Shown here one piece after another: positions 7,789-17,300 of a DNA stretch of 24,009 bases (positions within the stretch are counted from its first letter, which is position 1; the number at the start of each line of letters is the position of its first letter). Both the position numbers and the translations under genes were made by a program. The DNA comes from a virus (taxonomy: Duplodnaviria > Caudoviricetes), in IMG/VR virus record IMGVR_UViG_3300043394_000086, positions 1-24,009 of that record. One strand, written 5' to 3'. The notes beneath the pieces are model-generated. The model was given only the letters and a program-made list of their open reading frames with translations. It did not search any database and had not been told where the DNA came from.

Positions 7789-10130
7789 TGGCGACTTACC
7801 TCGAAGCCCGTAACCTGCTGGCACCCTACGTCGACAATGGCGTGGCGGTGACTGATACGTCGCGCATCGACCAGCGAATCGACGAAGCCCAGCGCCGACT
7901 TATCGACCATTACAACTTCCTCTCGCGGCGTGAGGAGATGGAGAAGGCATCCCTGACTTGGCTCCCCGGCGGAACCACGGGTAACCCGCAGACGGCAAAC
8001 CTGATCTTGGACAACCTCGATGCGACCAAGAACATGATTTTGGCCCTGTGGCGCGAGGAGAACAACCAGCTTGAGTTGGCCCAGGGTCTTGAGACCCGCG
8101 CCTACAGCTACATCGAGCGCAACTTGATGAACGATGTCGAGCGCAGTCGCCGTTCGACATTTCAGACGCTGGCGACCAACAACGGTCAAAACACTTTCGG
8201 TGGGCTGACTGGACGGGTCGGACTGGAGACCTTGGTCCAATACCGCCTACCGGAGAGCCGGATCAAGAGCCTCATCAATCAAGCCTACCAGCAGGCTGTC
8301 GATCAGCACAATTTTGTCAGTCGCCGCGAGGACAAGTCGAGAGTTCCGCTGACCTACACGGCTCTGAATGCGGACATCGAAACTTTCAACGCGCTCCTCC
8401 CCGTCGAAGTAGTTCGGCTTTTGACGCTCTCCTTGATTGTCACGGATGCGGGCGGCGACGGCGCAGGGCTCAAGCAGCAAGCGTTCGAGTTGATCGAGCG
8501 CAATGTCACGGCGCTGGTTGAGCAAACACGCCGCGATGCGGGCGGAACCGAGGGTCGGCTGCACAATGAACTGCCCGGAGGTCTGCAAATCCCCACGGCA
8601 CGTCTGACTACGTATCTCTCCCAAGCAGCGACCGAGGCAGGGACGCACTACGATTTTCTGGCTCGTCGCGAGGACTATTCCAGCGGGGTGAAGCCCAACC
8701 CGTTCCCCTATGAGGTGCTCAAGCCACTGGTTGAGTCCTACAGCGCGGCCCTTGGTGGAGCAGTCGATGTGGCCAATGCGAAGAAGCAGGAAGCCTTTGC
8801 CGTCATTGAGCGTGATCTGATGCAGAATGTCGAAGCCGCCCGTCGTGTCGCTGCTGGGGAAGAAGGGCGTCTGCACAACGAACTTCCCGAGGGAGTTCGG
8901 ATCGCGACATCTCGACTTACACAGTATTTAGGCCAAGCAGCCACGGAGGCTGGCGCTCACTGGGATTTTCTTGCCCGTCGTGAGAACTATTCCAGTGGAA
9001 CCAAACCCAATCCATTCACCTATGAAGTGCGGAAAAAGTTCGTGGAAAGCTATGTCGCGTCCGGGGCTGGTGCGATCGAAGCCGCCGCGGCGCTCAAAGC
9101 CGAAGCGCAAGCGTTGATCGAGCGCGACCTGATGGCGCAAGTCGAAGCAGCGCGTCGGGCTGCGGTGGGCGATGAAGGTCGATTGCACAATGAACTTCCT
9201 CAAGGTGTCACGATCCCGACGCCGCGATTGACCACCTACTTGTCTCAAGCGTCGACCGAAATCGGGGCGCACCAAGCCTTTCTTCAGCGGCGAGAGGACT
9301 ACAACGGCCCCGCCCCGTCGCCGACCTTCGAGCAGCGGAAACTCATGGTGGAAAGCTATCTGGCCACCTCGGCAGGCCAGCCGGATGTGGCGGCGGCGCT
9401 GAAGCAGCAAGCTCTGGCTGCGGTCGAGCGCGATGTGATGGCCGCGATTGAAGCCGCCCGCCGTGCGACCCGTGAGGCGTTGCTGGCGTCGTCCAATGAC
9501 ACCTTCGGTTACCACTGGGGACGAATCGGGTTGGAACTGCCCGAGGCTTACCGGCTCTCCGACTCGGCCGTTAAGCGCATGGTCAACGCCGCAGAGGAGC
9601 AACTGATGTTTGCTGGCAAATGGGTCGGCACAGTGGCCGAGTATACGCTTTCGGTGTCAGCCACGGGTGAATTCTTCCTGCCCCAGGAGATTGAGACGAT
9701 CCTTTTCCTGTCTTTTGATGGCGACCCCAAGCCTGTGCACGATCGGCTCAACGAGTGGATCCGCGGGGGTTCTGGCTACCGTGAGACCGATGATAGTTGG
9801 CGTGAGGGGGCCGTGGATCGAGGCGAGGCCGTTGATCCGGCCGACGGGTTCCTGAAGCGCAAATACTGGATCACCCTGCCGACGGTCGTTCCCGTGGTCC
9901 GGATCCTGGCCAAGCGGCGCTTTGTTCCGCACACCTCCGATTCGGAACAGATGTATCTGCGCAATTACCAAGCAATCTACGAGGCGACCAAGGGCATCCT
10001 GCTCGGCGGAGAGCAGATCACTCCGCACATCGAGAAGGCCAAAGAGATGCTGGCTTCACAGATCGCCCAACAGAGCTTCACAGGAAACCGCGGAGCCGCC
10101 CACACCCGTCGCGTTCTTCAATTTCGATGA
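7788..10130 (+). CDS. Probable head-tail adaptor / tail tubular protein A-like, extended by helical repeats, 780 aa
   Basis: ATG at 7788 overlaps the upstream stop (TAATG) and is preferred over the track's 7770 start. The C-terminal part 'VKRMVNAAEEQLM..GKW.GT......GEFFLPQEIETIL' has the helix-W-strand-LP pattern of podovirus adaptors. Confidence 0.6.
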   Translation: MATYLEARNLLAPYVDNGVAVTDTSRIDQRIDEAQRRLIDHYNFLSRREEMEKASLTWLPGGTTGNPQTANLILDNLDATKNMILALWREENNQLELAQGLETRAYSYIERNLMNDVERSRRSTFQTLATNNGQNTFGGLTGRVGLETLVQYRLPESRIKSLINQAYQQAVDQHNFVSRREDKSRVPLTYTALNADIETFNALLPVEVVRLLTLSLIVTDAGGDGAGLKQQAFELIERNVTALVEQTRRDAGGTEGRLHNELPGGLQIPTARLTTYLSQAATEAGTHYDFLARREDYSSGVKPNPFPYEVLKPLVESYSAALGGAVDVANAKKQEAFAVIERDLMQNVEAARRVAAGEEGRLHNELPEGVRIATSRLTQYLGQAATEAGAHWDFLARRENYSSGTKPNPFTYEVRKKFVESYVASGAGAIEAAAALKAEAQALIERDLMAQVEAARRAAVGDEGRLHNELPQGVTIPTPRLTTYLSQASTEIGAHQAFLQRREDYNGPAPSPTFEQRKLMVESYLATSAGQPDVAAALKQQALAAVERDVMAAIEAARRATREALLASSNDTFGYHWGRIGLELPEAYRLSDSAVKRMVNAAEEQLMFAGKWVGTVAEYTLSVSATGEFFLPQEIETILFLSFDGDPKPVHDRLNEWIRGGSGYRETDDSWREGAVDRGEAVDPADGFLKRKYWITLPTVVPVVRILAKRRFVPHTSDSEQMYLRNYQAIYEATKGILLGGEQITPHIEKAKEMLASQIAQQSFTGNRGAAHTRRVLQFR
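8550..9470 (+). repeat. Three tandem 312-bp (104-aa) intragenic repeats
   Basis: EGRLHNELP starts at 8550, 8862 and 9174. Units share RLT.YL.QA.TE.G.H..FL.RRE.Y, VESY and ERD.M...EAARR. Confidence 0.92.
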
Positions 10131-10136
10131 TATAGT
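10128..10136 (+). promoter_or_regulatory. Possible extended -10 promoter
   Basis: TGaTATAGT overlaps the stop of the adaptor-like gene, in an AT-rich gap 12 nt before the next ATG. Confidence 0.3.
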
Positions 10137-10148
10137 AATAACAGCATA

Positions 10149-10595
10149 ATGACTGCCGAACTAGACTTCAAAGAAAGCGTGCCGATGAGCTTCGAGGCCG
10201 CAGAACACCTCGTCGACAGCTTGGAAGAAGCCATCAAGACCAGTGGACTTCCACTCAGTGAGTTCCCCTTGGTGCATAGGTTTACACCGGGGCTTTACAT
10301 TAGAGAAATATTCATGCCCGCCGGATCATTGCTGACCAGTAAGATCCACAACACAGAGCACCCTTTTGTAATCTCACGGGGCGTTGTTTCCGTTTGGTCC
10401 AAAGAAACCGGGGCTGTGACGTTGCGAGCACCCTACACTGGTATAACTACGCCAGGCACACGACGGGTTCTGTTTGTCCATGAAGATACGGTCTGGACAA
10501 CTTTTCATGTCGGAGAAGAGACAACGGTTGAAGAGTTCGAAAAGCGCATAATCGAGCCTCGCAACACTACGTTGCCGGATAAGGAGGAACTCTAA
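10149..10595 (+). CDS. Cupin-like phage protein, 148 aa
   Basis: HRFTPGLYIREIFMPAGSLLTSKIHNTEHPFVISRGVVSV...APYT....PG.RR...HEDTVWTTFH is a double-stranded beta-helix pattern with His residues, often found just before podovirus internal-virion genes. Confidence 0.75.
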   Translation: MTAELDFKESVPMSFEAAEHLVDSLEEAIKTSGLPLSEFPLVHRFTPGLYIREIFMPAGSLLTSKIHNTEHPFVISRGVVSVWSKETGAVTLRAPYTGITTPGTRRVLFVHEDTVWTTFHVGEETTVEEFEKRIIEPRNTTLPDKEEL

Positions 10596-12436
10596 TGTCT
10601 TGGGTAGCTGTTGGCGTTGGCGTCGGGACCACTGCCCTAAGTTTGGGCGGGAACTACTTGCTGAGTCAGCAAGGCGGTGCTGGTGGTGGATTCAACTCTG
10701 GGAAGATCAAAGATGTCATCAAAGACTACCAAGCCCAAGTCAATCAGATTGCGACAAGCCTCATTAGCAATACGACGGAACTGACTGCTGCTGCCACGGG
10801 GAACGTCGCGGGCTTCGGGGATGAATACCGGGTAAATGCCAAAAAAGAAGAAAAGCAGCTTCTAGAGCGGTTAGAGAAACTCAATAAGAGCTACAGCGAT
10901 CGCGTTGCTGAACTTTCTAAAGCCTTTCCGGAAGAAGTCGGCAAATCCCTGGAAGCCTTGACCAGCATGACCGATGCGCTGAATCAGGGCTCCCGCGAGG
11001 AAACCTTGAGGCAGCTTGCTGTCTTCGAGAACGCTTCTACGGCACTCGATAATAAGCTGCGCTCGGAAAGCGCCCAGTCACTAGCAAAGTTTGATGAATC
11101 GACGCAGAGTGCGATTCGCCAATACCAGAGCGATGTCGAAGCCGAGGCGCAGGCGACCGAAGATCGGTCAATGGGCCTTGGAGACCAATTTCTCCAAAGG
11201 GCTAGCGAGGCCACTGCGCGTTACGACAAGGTAGCGACCCAATCCCCGGAGTTTCTGGCTGAAGCGACTCGCGCTGCCGATACGCTTTCCAAAGCCGCGC
11301 TCTCGACGCGCATGGATCTCTTGGCGACGGCAGATCCGCGGGCCTTGGAGCTTTCAGCCATTGCCGACGAGAACGCTGCGGCGATGATGAGCGGCCGGAT
11401 TGCGGCCGATGTTCAAGCCAATGTGGCGCGGTCCAGTGCGATGCGTGCCCTTCAAGGTGGGTTCGGGGCTTCGAGTGAGATGGGACGCGGGCTCACGGCG
11501 CGTGACTTAGGACTGACTTCGTTGGACCTTCAGCAACGTGGAGCCGCACTCAATGATGCGCAACGCCGACTCAATTACGAGACAAGGGTGGCTGGGACAC
11601 AAGTCAACCCGTTCGATACCGCTGCACAGATGCAGCAAGCCGAAGGTGTCTTGCTGAACACCACCATCGGCACGGCCGAAAGCGATCGCAACCAGCGGCT
11701 GTCGGCGATCCAAAACGCCTCTTCCCAGAGGCTCGGAACAATGGACGCAGTTTTCGGAACGCGGCTGCAAGCGGCTGACACGCGCAGGACTCAGGAAATG
11801 GGGGTCGCCCAGAATATGTATTCGTCCAACTTAGACGTGACCCGCGACATCATGCGAACGTCTTTGGCTAATACCTACGACATCTACAATAACAACTTGG
11901 GACTGGCCAATACCGTCTTTAACGCCCGCGTGGGCACCGCTGAAGGCTTGTTGCAGGCCGGATTGGGGCTGGCGACCGACCTCTATAAAACGAACACCGG
12001 AGCCGTTGGAAACATCTACAACACAAGCGTCGGCATGGAAGGCAATATCTACAGCGGTCGAGTGACGACCGAGAACAATGCCATGTCCACGAACGCGGCA
12101 GCGCAAATCGCCGCCGCGCAGATGGAAGCACAAGCTGCCGGAGGTGCCGCTGCGACACTCTCCAACATTCCGATTCAGCAGATGCAAATGCAAATGGGCA
12201 ACAATGCGGCTTCTGCCGCTTTGTGGGGAAGCGCCATCCAAAGCGGTTCTGCCTTGGCGGGATCCTACCTCGGAAGCCAAAACTGGAACACGAACACGAA
12301 CAGATCTTACGGCGCAGGTCTGATGTCGACCGGAGGGTATAATTCAGCGGGAGCCGCTTCAAGCGCCGCACGCTACTCTTCTTCGGTCAGTAATGTATCC
12401 GGCGTCGGATATGTCCCACGGGCAACAGCGACCTAA
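10595..12436 (+). CDS. Internal virion (DNA ejection/pilot) protein, 613 aa
   Basis: AAGGAGG ribosome-binding site and TAATG coupling; hydrophobic Gly-rich N-terminus MSWVAVGVGVGTTALSLGG; long A/Q/N/S-rich helical body; second Gly/Ala hydrophobic segment near the C-terminus. Confidence 0.7.
   Translation: MSWVAVGVGVGTTALSLGGNYLLSQQGGAGGGFNSGKIKDVIKDYQAQVNQIATSLISNTTELTAAATGNVAGFGDEYRVNAKKEEKQLLERLEKLNKSYSDRVAELSKAFPEEVGKSLEALTSMTDALNQGSREETLRQLAVFENASTALDNKLRSESAQSLAKFDESTQSAIRQYQSDVEAEAQATEDRSMGLGDQFLQRASEATARYDKVATQSPEFLAEATRAADTLSKAALSTRMDLLATADPRALELSAIADENAAAMMSGRIAADVQANVARSSAMRALQGGFGASSEMGRGLTARDLGLTSLDLQQRGAALNDAQRRLNYETRVAGTQVNPFDTAAQMQQAEGVLLNTTIGTAESDRNQRLSAIQNASSQRLGTMDAVFGTRLQAADTRRTQEMGVAQNMYSSNLDVTRDIMRTSLANTYDIYNNNLGLANTVFNARVGTAEGLLQAGLGLATDLYKTNTGAVGNIYNTSVGMEGNIYSGRVTTENNAMSTNAAAQIAAAQMEAQAAGGAAATLSNIPIQQMQMQMGNNAASAALWGSAIQSGSALAGSYLGSQNWNTNTNRSYGAGLMSTGGYNSAGAASSAARYSSSVSNVSGVGYVPRATAT
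11642..12070 (+). repeat. About 13 degenerate 11-residue (hendecad) protein repeats
   Basis: Examples: IQNASSQRLGT / MDAVFGTRLQA / AQNMYSSNLDV / TYDIYNNNLGL / ANTVFNARVGT / ATDLYKTNTGA / VGNIYNTSVGM / EGNIYSGRVTT, with hydrophobic residues mostly at positions 4-5 and 9. Confidence 0.7.
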
Positions 12437-12438
12437 TT

Positions 12439-14268
12439 ATGGCACAGTCATTCTTCCAACCCGTCAAAGTAACCGCGCAAGACATGGGCGCTCCGCCGTG
12501 GGACTGGAATCCTGGGGCGACGTTTGTTGCTGCGTTCAACGACGCACGCGCCCTTCAGTTAAAGCGCGAACAGATGGAGAACGAGCGGCAGATCATGGAG
12601 ATCTTGATGCCTTACAAAGTCAAGAAAGCGCAGCTTGATCTCGAGGAGCTTCGTTCGGATGTGAAGCTCAATGAAGCCGCCCTTGACCTCCGGCGTGAGG
12701 AAATAAAATACCGCAACCAAGCGACTGAAAATCTCATGCGCGGCGGGCGCAAGCCGAAGGCAATCTTCAATCCGGCCAGCGGCATGTTGGAGGCGGTTGA
12801 TGGCTACTCGGATCCTTTGTCTGGCGACTTTGGCGGCGAAGATCCTCTGCCTGCGGTAGTGTCCGCGGCGGATACGGGCGAGCCCATGATCTACAATGAA
12901 GACGGCACACTGAATGCGGAGCCCCTGCCAAGTGAAGAGGAAGCCGAAACCCTCCCGATGGAGGGTGGGGCATTACAGGTGCCGACCAACCCATTGATCG
13001 ACGAGGAGGGCTACAGTGAAAGCTCCAATCCTTTGCTGCGCGATAAGTTCTTTGGCAGCATCGCGTCGGTTCAACCGCCGAAATTAGCGCCGTCTTCGAA
13101 TGAAGGATTCAACAATCCTTTGGCCGGAGTAGATGAAAATGCTGCTTCAGTGCCAGTCGGCGCACAATACACGGGCGGTGCAAACGATGTCGCATCGGGA
13201 AAATTCGATGCTTCGTTGGCTGAAGAAGAGTCCCGCTCGGTTGCGGCCGAAGCTGGGTTTGATGTGGGAAGGTTTGCCGACAGTATTACGGATGATGCCG
13301 CGAAGCCTGAAGCGGAAGACGAGCGTCTTATTCGGGAAATCCAAGCCGACCGCCAGAAGTTCGAACAAAACATCTACGAGATGCGACGACAGGGCTACGA
13401 CGTGAGCCCGCAGGACTTGCAGATGGGCTACGAGCGCATCGAGCGTCGTTCAAGGGCGCTTCTGCTGCCCTTCGCCAATAAACTCGGTGAGGCCGGTATG
13501 GCGTCAATGAAGATTTTGTTAGACGGTAAAGAGCCCTTCGAGTCGGCCTATGCAAGCGCCAAACGATCGGTCGCGGCGGCAGACCCAGAGCGGGTTGGAC
13601 CAGTCGCTCCAGACAACCCCCAACTAAAGGCGGCAATCGATAATAAGAAGAACTATCGGTCGACTCTTCCTGAAGACCCTACGACTTGGACTGATGAAGA
13701 GCGCGGGACCGTGGCAGCGTTCGATCGGACTATTCAAGTTCTCAATGCGGTGCCGAAGCGGTCGCTATTACAGGACGTGGTGGCAACAAAATCAGAACTG
13801 CAAAGCATGTCCGAAGCTCTGAACCAGCGCAGGCCGTATGCAAGGATTAATTCAGATGGAACCTACGAAGTAGTTCCGATGGAGCAGCTTGAAAGTGTCG
13901 CAGGTGAGACGAAACAAAAGCTCGATGCTCTTGTGCCTCGACTTCGCGAGATTGAAGACCCTGATCTATTCAACCCCCTTAATTACAAAACGGAGGATGA
14001 AATGACAAAAGCGAAAGCCGAAACGCTGAAGCGCAACCCCAACGCTTTCGTCATCACCCCCAAAGGTGAGCTTTCCTATCTCCGCAATTTCAAGGCCAGG
14101 GAAGAGGCTCAACAAACAGAACCAGCGCGAGGCGAGTTGGATGACTTGACACCCGAAGAGCGGGAGCGGGTAATGACGGAGAAGATCAAGAAAGCTGCCA
14201 ACACAGTCGGGCCTATGATTAAGCGAGCGGGTGGCGCGATCCTCCGCGGTGCTCGCGCCATAAGGTAA
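12439..14268 (+). CDS. Probable internal virion protein, 609 aa
   Basis: Starts 2 nt after the previous stop; N-terminal coiled-coil-like segment, acidic Pro-rich middle, helical C-terminal half; lies between two ejection-like genes. Confidence 0.7.
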   Translation: MAQSFFQPVKVTAQDMGAPPWDWNPGATFVAAFNDARALQLKREQMENERQIMEILMPYKVKKAQLDLEELRSDVKLNEAALDLRREEIKYRNQATENLMRGGRKPKAIFNPASGMLEAVDGYSDPLSGDFGGEDPLPAVVSAADTGEPMIYNEDGTLNAEPLPSEEEAETLPMEGGALQVPTNPLIDEEGYSESSNPLLRDKFFGSIASVQPPKLAPSSNEGFNNPLAGVDENAASVPVGAQYTGGANDVASGKFDASLAEEESRSVAAEAGFDVGRFADSITDDAAKPEAEDERLIREIQADRQKFEQNIYEMRRQGYDVSPQDLQMGYERIERRSRALLLPFANKLGEAGMASMKILLDGKEPFESAYASAKRSVAAADPERVGPVAPDNPQLKAAIDNKKNYRSTLPEDPTTWTDEERGTVAAFDRTIQVLNAVPKRSLLQDVVATKSELQSMSEALNQRRPYARINSDGTYEVVPMEQLESVAGETKQKLDALVPRLREIEDPDLFNPLNYKTEDEMTKAKAETLKRNPNAFVITPKGELSYLRNFKAREEAQQTEPARGELDDLTPEERERVMTEKIKKAANTVGPMIKRAGGAILRGARAIR

Positions 14269-14303
14269 GAAGCCAAAACGTCGATTATAGGCTATGTTAG
14301 TCA

Positions 14304-17300
14304 ATGGCTTGGCTCGATAAATACGGCATCACTGAGGGCGACGTGGTTTTGGATCTTTTGCAGGATCCGTTCAACCGCGACACTGAAGCGAAGGCCGAGA
14401 CGGAGTTAACGCTGTCAGACAGTGCCGAGCAGCAAGCCGACGACTTTTCGCGTTTAAGTGTAGCCCCTGACGGACCAGCCCGAGAAGCGCAGCCGGAGCC
14501 AGTGGAGGTCGACGAGGCCGGTTTGCCTTCTTGGTTAGCCAAGTACGAGGCTACGGATCCACTGTATCAATTCACTTCGCCGGCTCGGTCAATTGGGGAA
14601 GAGTTCAGCGTCGGCTTGGAGCGTGGCGTCGACCAGACCCAAGGGCTCGGCTACGGGCTGGTCGGGCTTATGGGGCAGGCGCTCGGGGTGGAGGGTATCG
14701 AGGAGTTCGGGCTGGAGAATTACGTCCGCAAGATGGAGGAGGCGGCGCAGAACCAAGCGACCGTGCAGGATCCTTTCGAGGAGATCGAGGGTGTAGGGGA
14801 CGCAGCGACCTATGCGGCGGGGCTTTTGGGTGAGCAGATCCCGCAGTTACTGGCCTCGGCCGTGGGTGGTGGCGTGGGCGGTGTGGTCGGCAAGACCTTG
14901 GCTAAACGCATCATCGCCAATGAGGTCGGCAAGCGGGTGGCCGCAGGTATGGCGGGGCGTGAGTTTGCCAGCGAGGCGGCGAAGGTCGCGGCCCGTGCCA
15001 AGCTCGCCGCGAAAGCCGGCACGGAAGTCGCCGAGCAGGTGGCCAAAGGCGTGCTGATGTCCGAAGGACAAGCGGCGACCCGTGGCGGTATTGCTGGTGC
15101 TTACTTGTCCAACTTCGGACAGATCGCGGGCGGGAGCTTTGGCCAGATCGCGCAGGAAACGGGCGAAGGGGATGCCCTGGCCGCAGCAGCTTTTGCCGCC
15201 CCCGGAGCAGCACTGGATACTTTGGGCGAGGTCTTCATCGCCGGAAAGTTCCTCAAGCCCTTCACTAAGACAGGGCGGGCGGCGATGGAGGGTGTCGACA
15301 CGGCTACGGGGATTTCATTCCCCGGCCGTGTGGCTCGCAAGGTGGGGGTCGGTCTCCCTTCTGCCGCAGTCTTGGAAGGTGGCACTGAATACGTGCAAAC
15401 GGGACTGGAGCAAGCGGCCGTCGGCGCGGCTGACCCGAATCGCACGATCGAAGAAGTCGTAGGAACCCCCGAAGCCGAGCGCGAGCGTCAGATCGCCGCG
15501 GCGGCGGGTGCCGTGGTTGGTGGCGGTCTCGGTGGCGCTGGCAGTGTCATCGAAGCACTGGCTCCGCAGACGGCGGCGAAGTTGCGTGAGACGACGCAGA
15601 GGCGCACGGCGGACGCTCCGGCCGAGCCCGGTGCTGCTTTGCCTGGGCAGTGGTCGCAGTCTGTCGAGGTCAACGGGATCACGATGCGTAAGAGTGCTTC
15701 GGGTATCTGGGCGGCGATCAACCCTCCGGAGGACTTGGACCCTGCGGCTCCGCGCAACACCTTGGAAGATGGCTCCAAGGTCATCGTGCTTCGCAGTTCG
15801 GCCGGTGAGCAGAACAGTTGGCTGATCGAAGAAGCAGAAAGTGCCTTAAACGACGTTGCCGACGAGCAGACAGCCGACGATGTGACGGAGGCGGAAACTC
15901 AGCAAATCGCCGATGACGAAGACGAGTTAGGCGAGGATGCCGAGCTTCAGGAAGTGCGGCAGGGCTTGGCAATCGGTGAAGAACCACCGCGCCAAGATCT
16001 CGGCACGGGTCAGCCGATGAAGTCAGCCGAAGAATCGGCACGGGCTATCGACGACATCTACACCGAGGCAGAGCGTCAGGGGCAGAGCCCGTTTAGTGCC
16101 TTGTTCCAGCGCAAGCGAGCCGATGCGGAGAATTCACGCCAACGAAAAGCTGAAGAGCGGATGCTCCAGTGGAGTCGCATCATCGCCCGTAAGCCGGACG
16201 AGACCAAACAGTTTGTCGACGGGCTCAAGCCAGGCGACCGGGTAAGCATCGCTTCCGGCGATGTCGGGGATAATGATTTCACTGAGACAACAGGTATTTT
16301 CGTAAAGCGCCGCCCCAGCGGAAATGCAGTGTTCAAAGTGGCGAGGCTCTCACCGCGTTCGGCAGAAGCAACGGCAGAGCAAAGAGCAAGAGGTGAAACT
16401 CTAGTCGGCCCCGTCCAGCGGATCGATATAACCCCCGACAAATTCAACCGCATCAGCTTGGCTCCCCCGCCGGAATCTCGGCCGTTAGTCAGTCCGTTCG
16501 AGGAGACGATGCGCGAATTGCTAGGAGCCAACCCTGACAAACGTGCCGCCGAGCAAGCCTTGGGCTCCCCTTACACCGGTAAAGGAGCACCCCAAGAGAC
16601 CACGATCACCAATCGTCTGGGCAGCGGCCCGATTCCAGTGTTGGTGCGGTGGTTCAACAAGAAGGGTGAGAAGGGGACGATCATCCCGACGTTCAAAGGC
16701 AAGTTCACCAACTCGCCGCTGACAACGGTCTTCCAGATGAATGAGGGCTTGAGCGTCGAGGTGCCGGACGATCAGTTGGCCGATCTCAGCCCAGACATCC
16801 AAGTCGAGTCGGTCAGCGACAAAAAAGGCGGTCGTCGCAACATCGTCACTGCGGTCAACCTCTGGGGACGCACCTATCGCCGCGGTAAAACACCCGCCGA
16901 CTTCTCAGTAGATCTCCCGCTGACTTTGAGGGGTAGCAAATCACGCAAACAAGGGGTTTGGCTATTTGACGAGATCTACCGCAACGCGCCGGAGCGAATC
17001 GCGATGAGCGAAGCTGGTAGACAAGCAGCCGAAACACGACAAGGCGGACCGCTGGAAGAACAACTTCGCCGTGTGGCCGGCAACATCGCCAAGCTCGATG
17101 CGGTGGAGAACATGTTCTACCAAGACGATTTCCAACGGGCGACCGACTTCTTGGAGAATTCCAATCTTCCGGAAAACGAGAAGCGTTTGGCGCAGCAAAT
17201 GGCCCAAGACAAAGTCGTCTTGGCCTACGAGAAAGCCGCCCGCACCAGCCGCGGGGCACCGTTCCGTGCGGAGGGTCGTGATCGGATAGCCAAAAGACTG

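Noticed and set aside
8550-9470. Repeats considered as CRISPR array or DGR template/variable repeat
   Set aside because: They are in-frame 312-bp coding repeats with largely synonymous divergence, without spacers, evident adenine-specific changes, or any cas or reverse transcriptase gene in the window.
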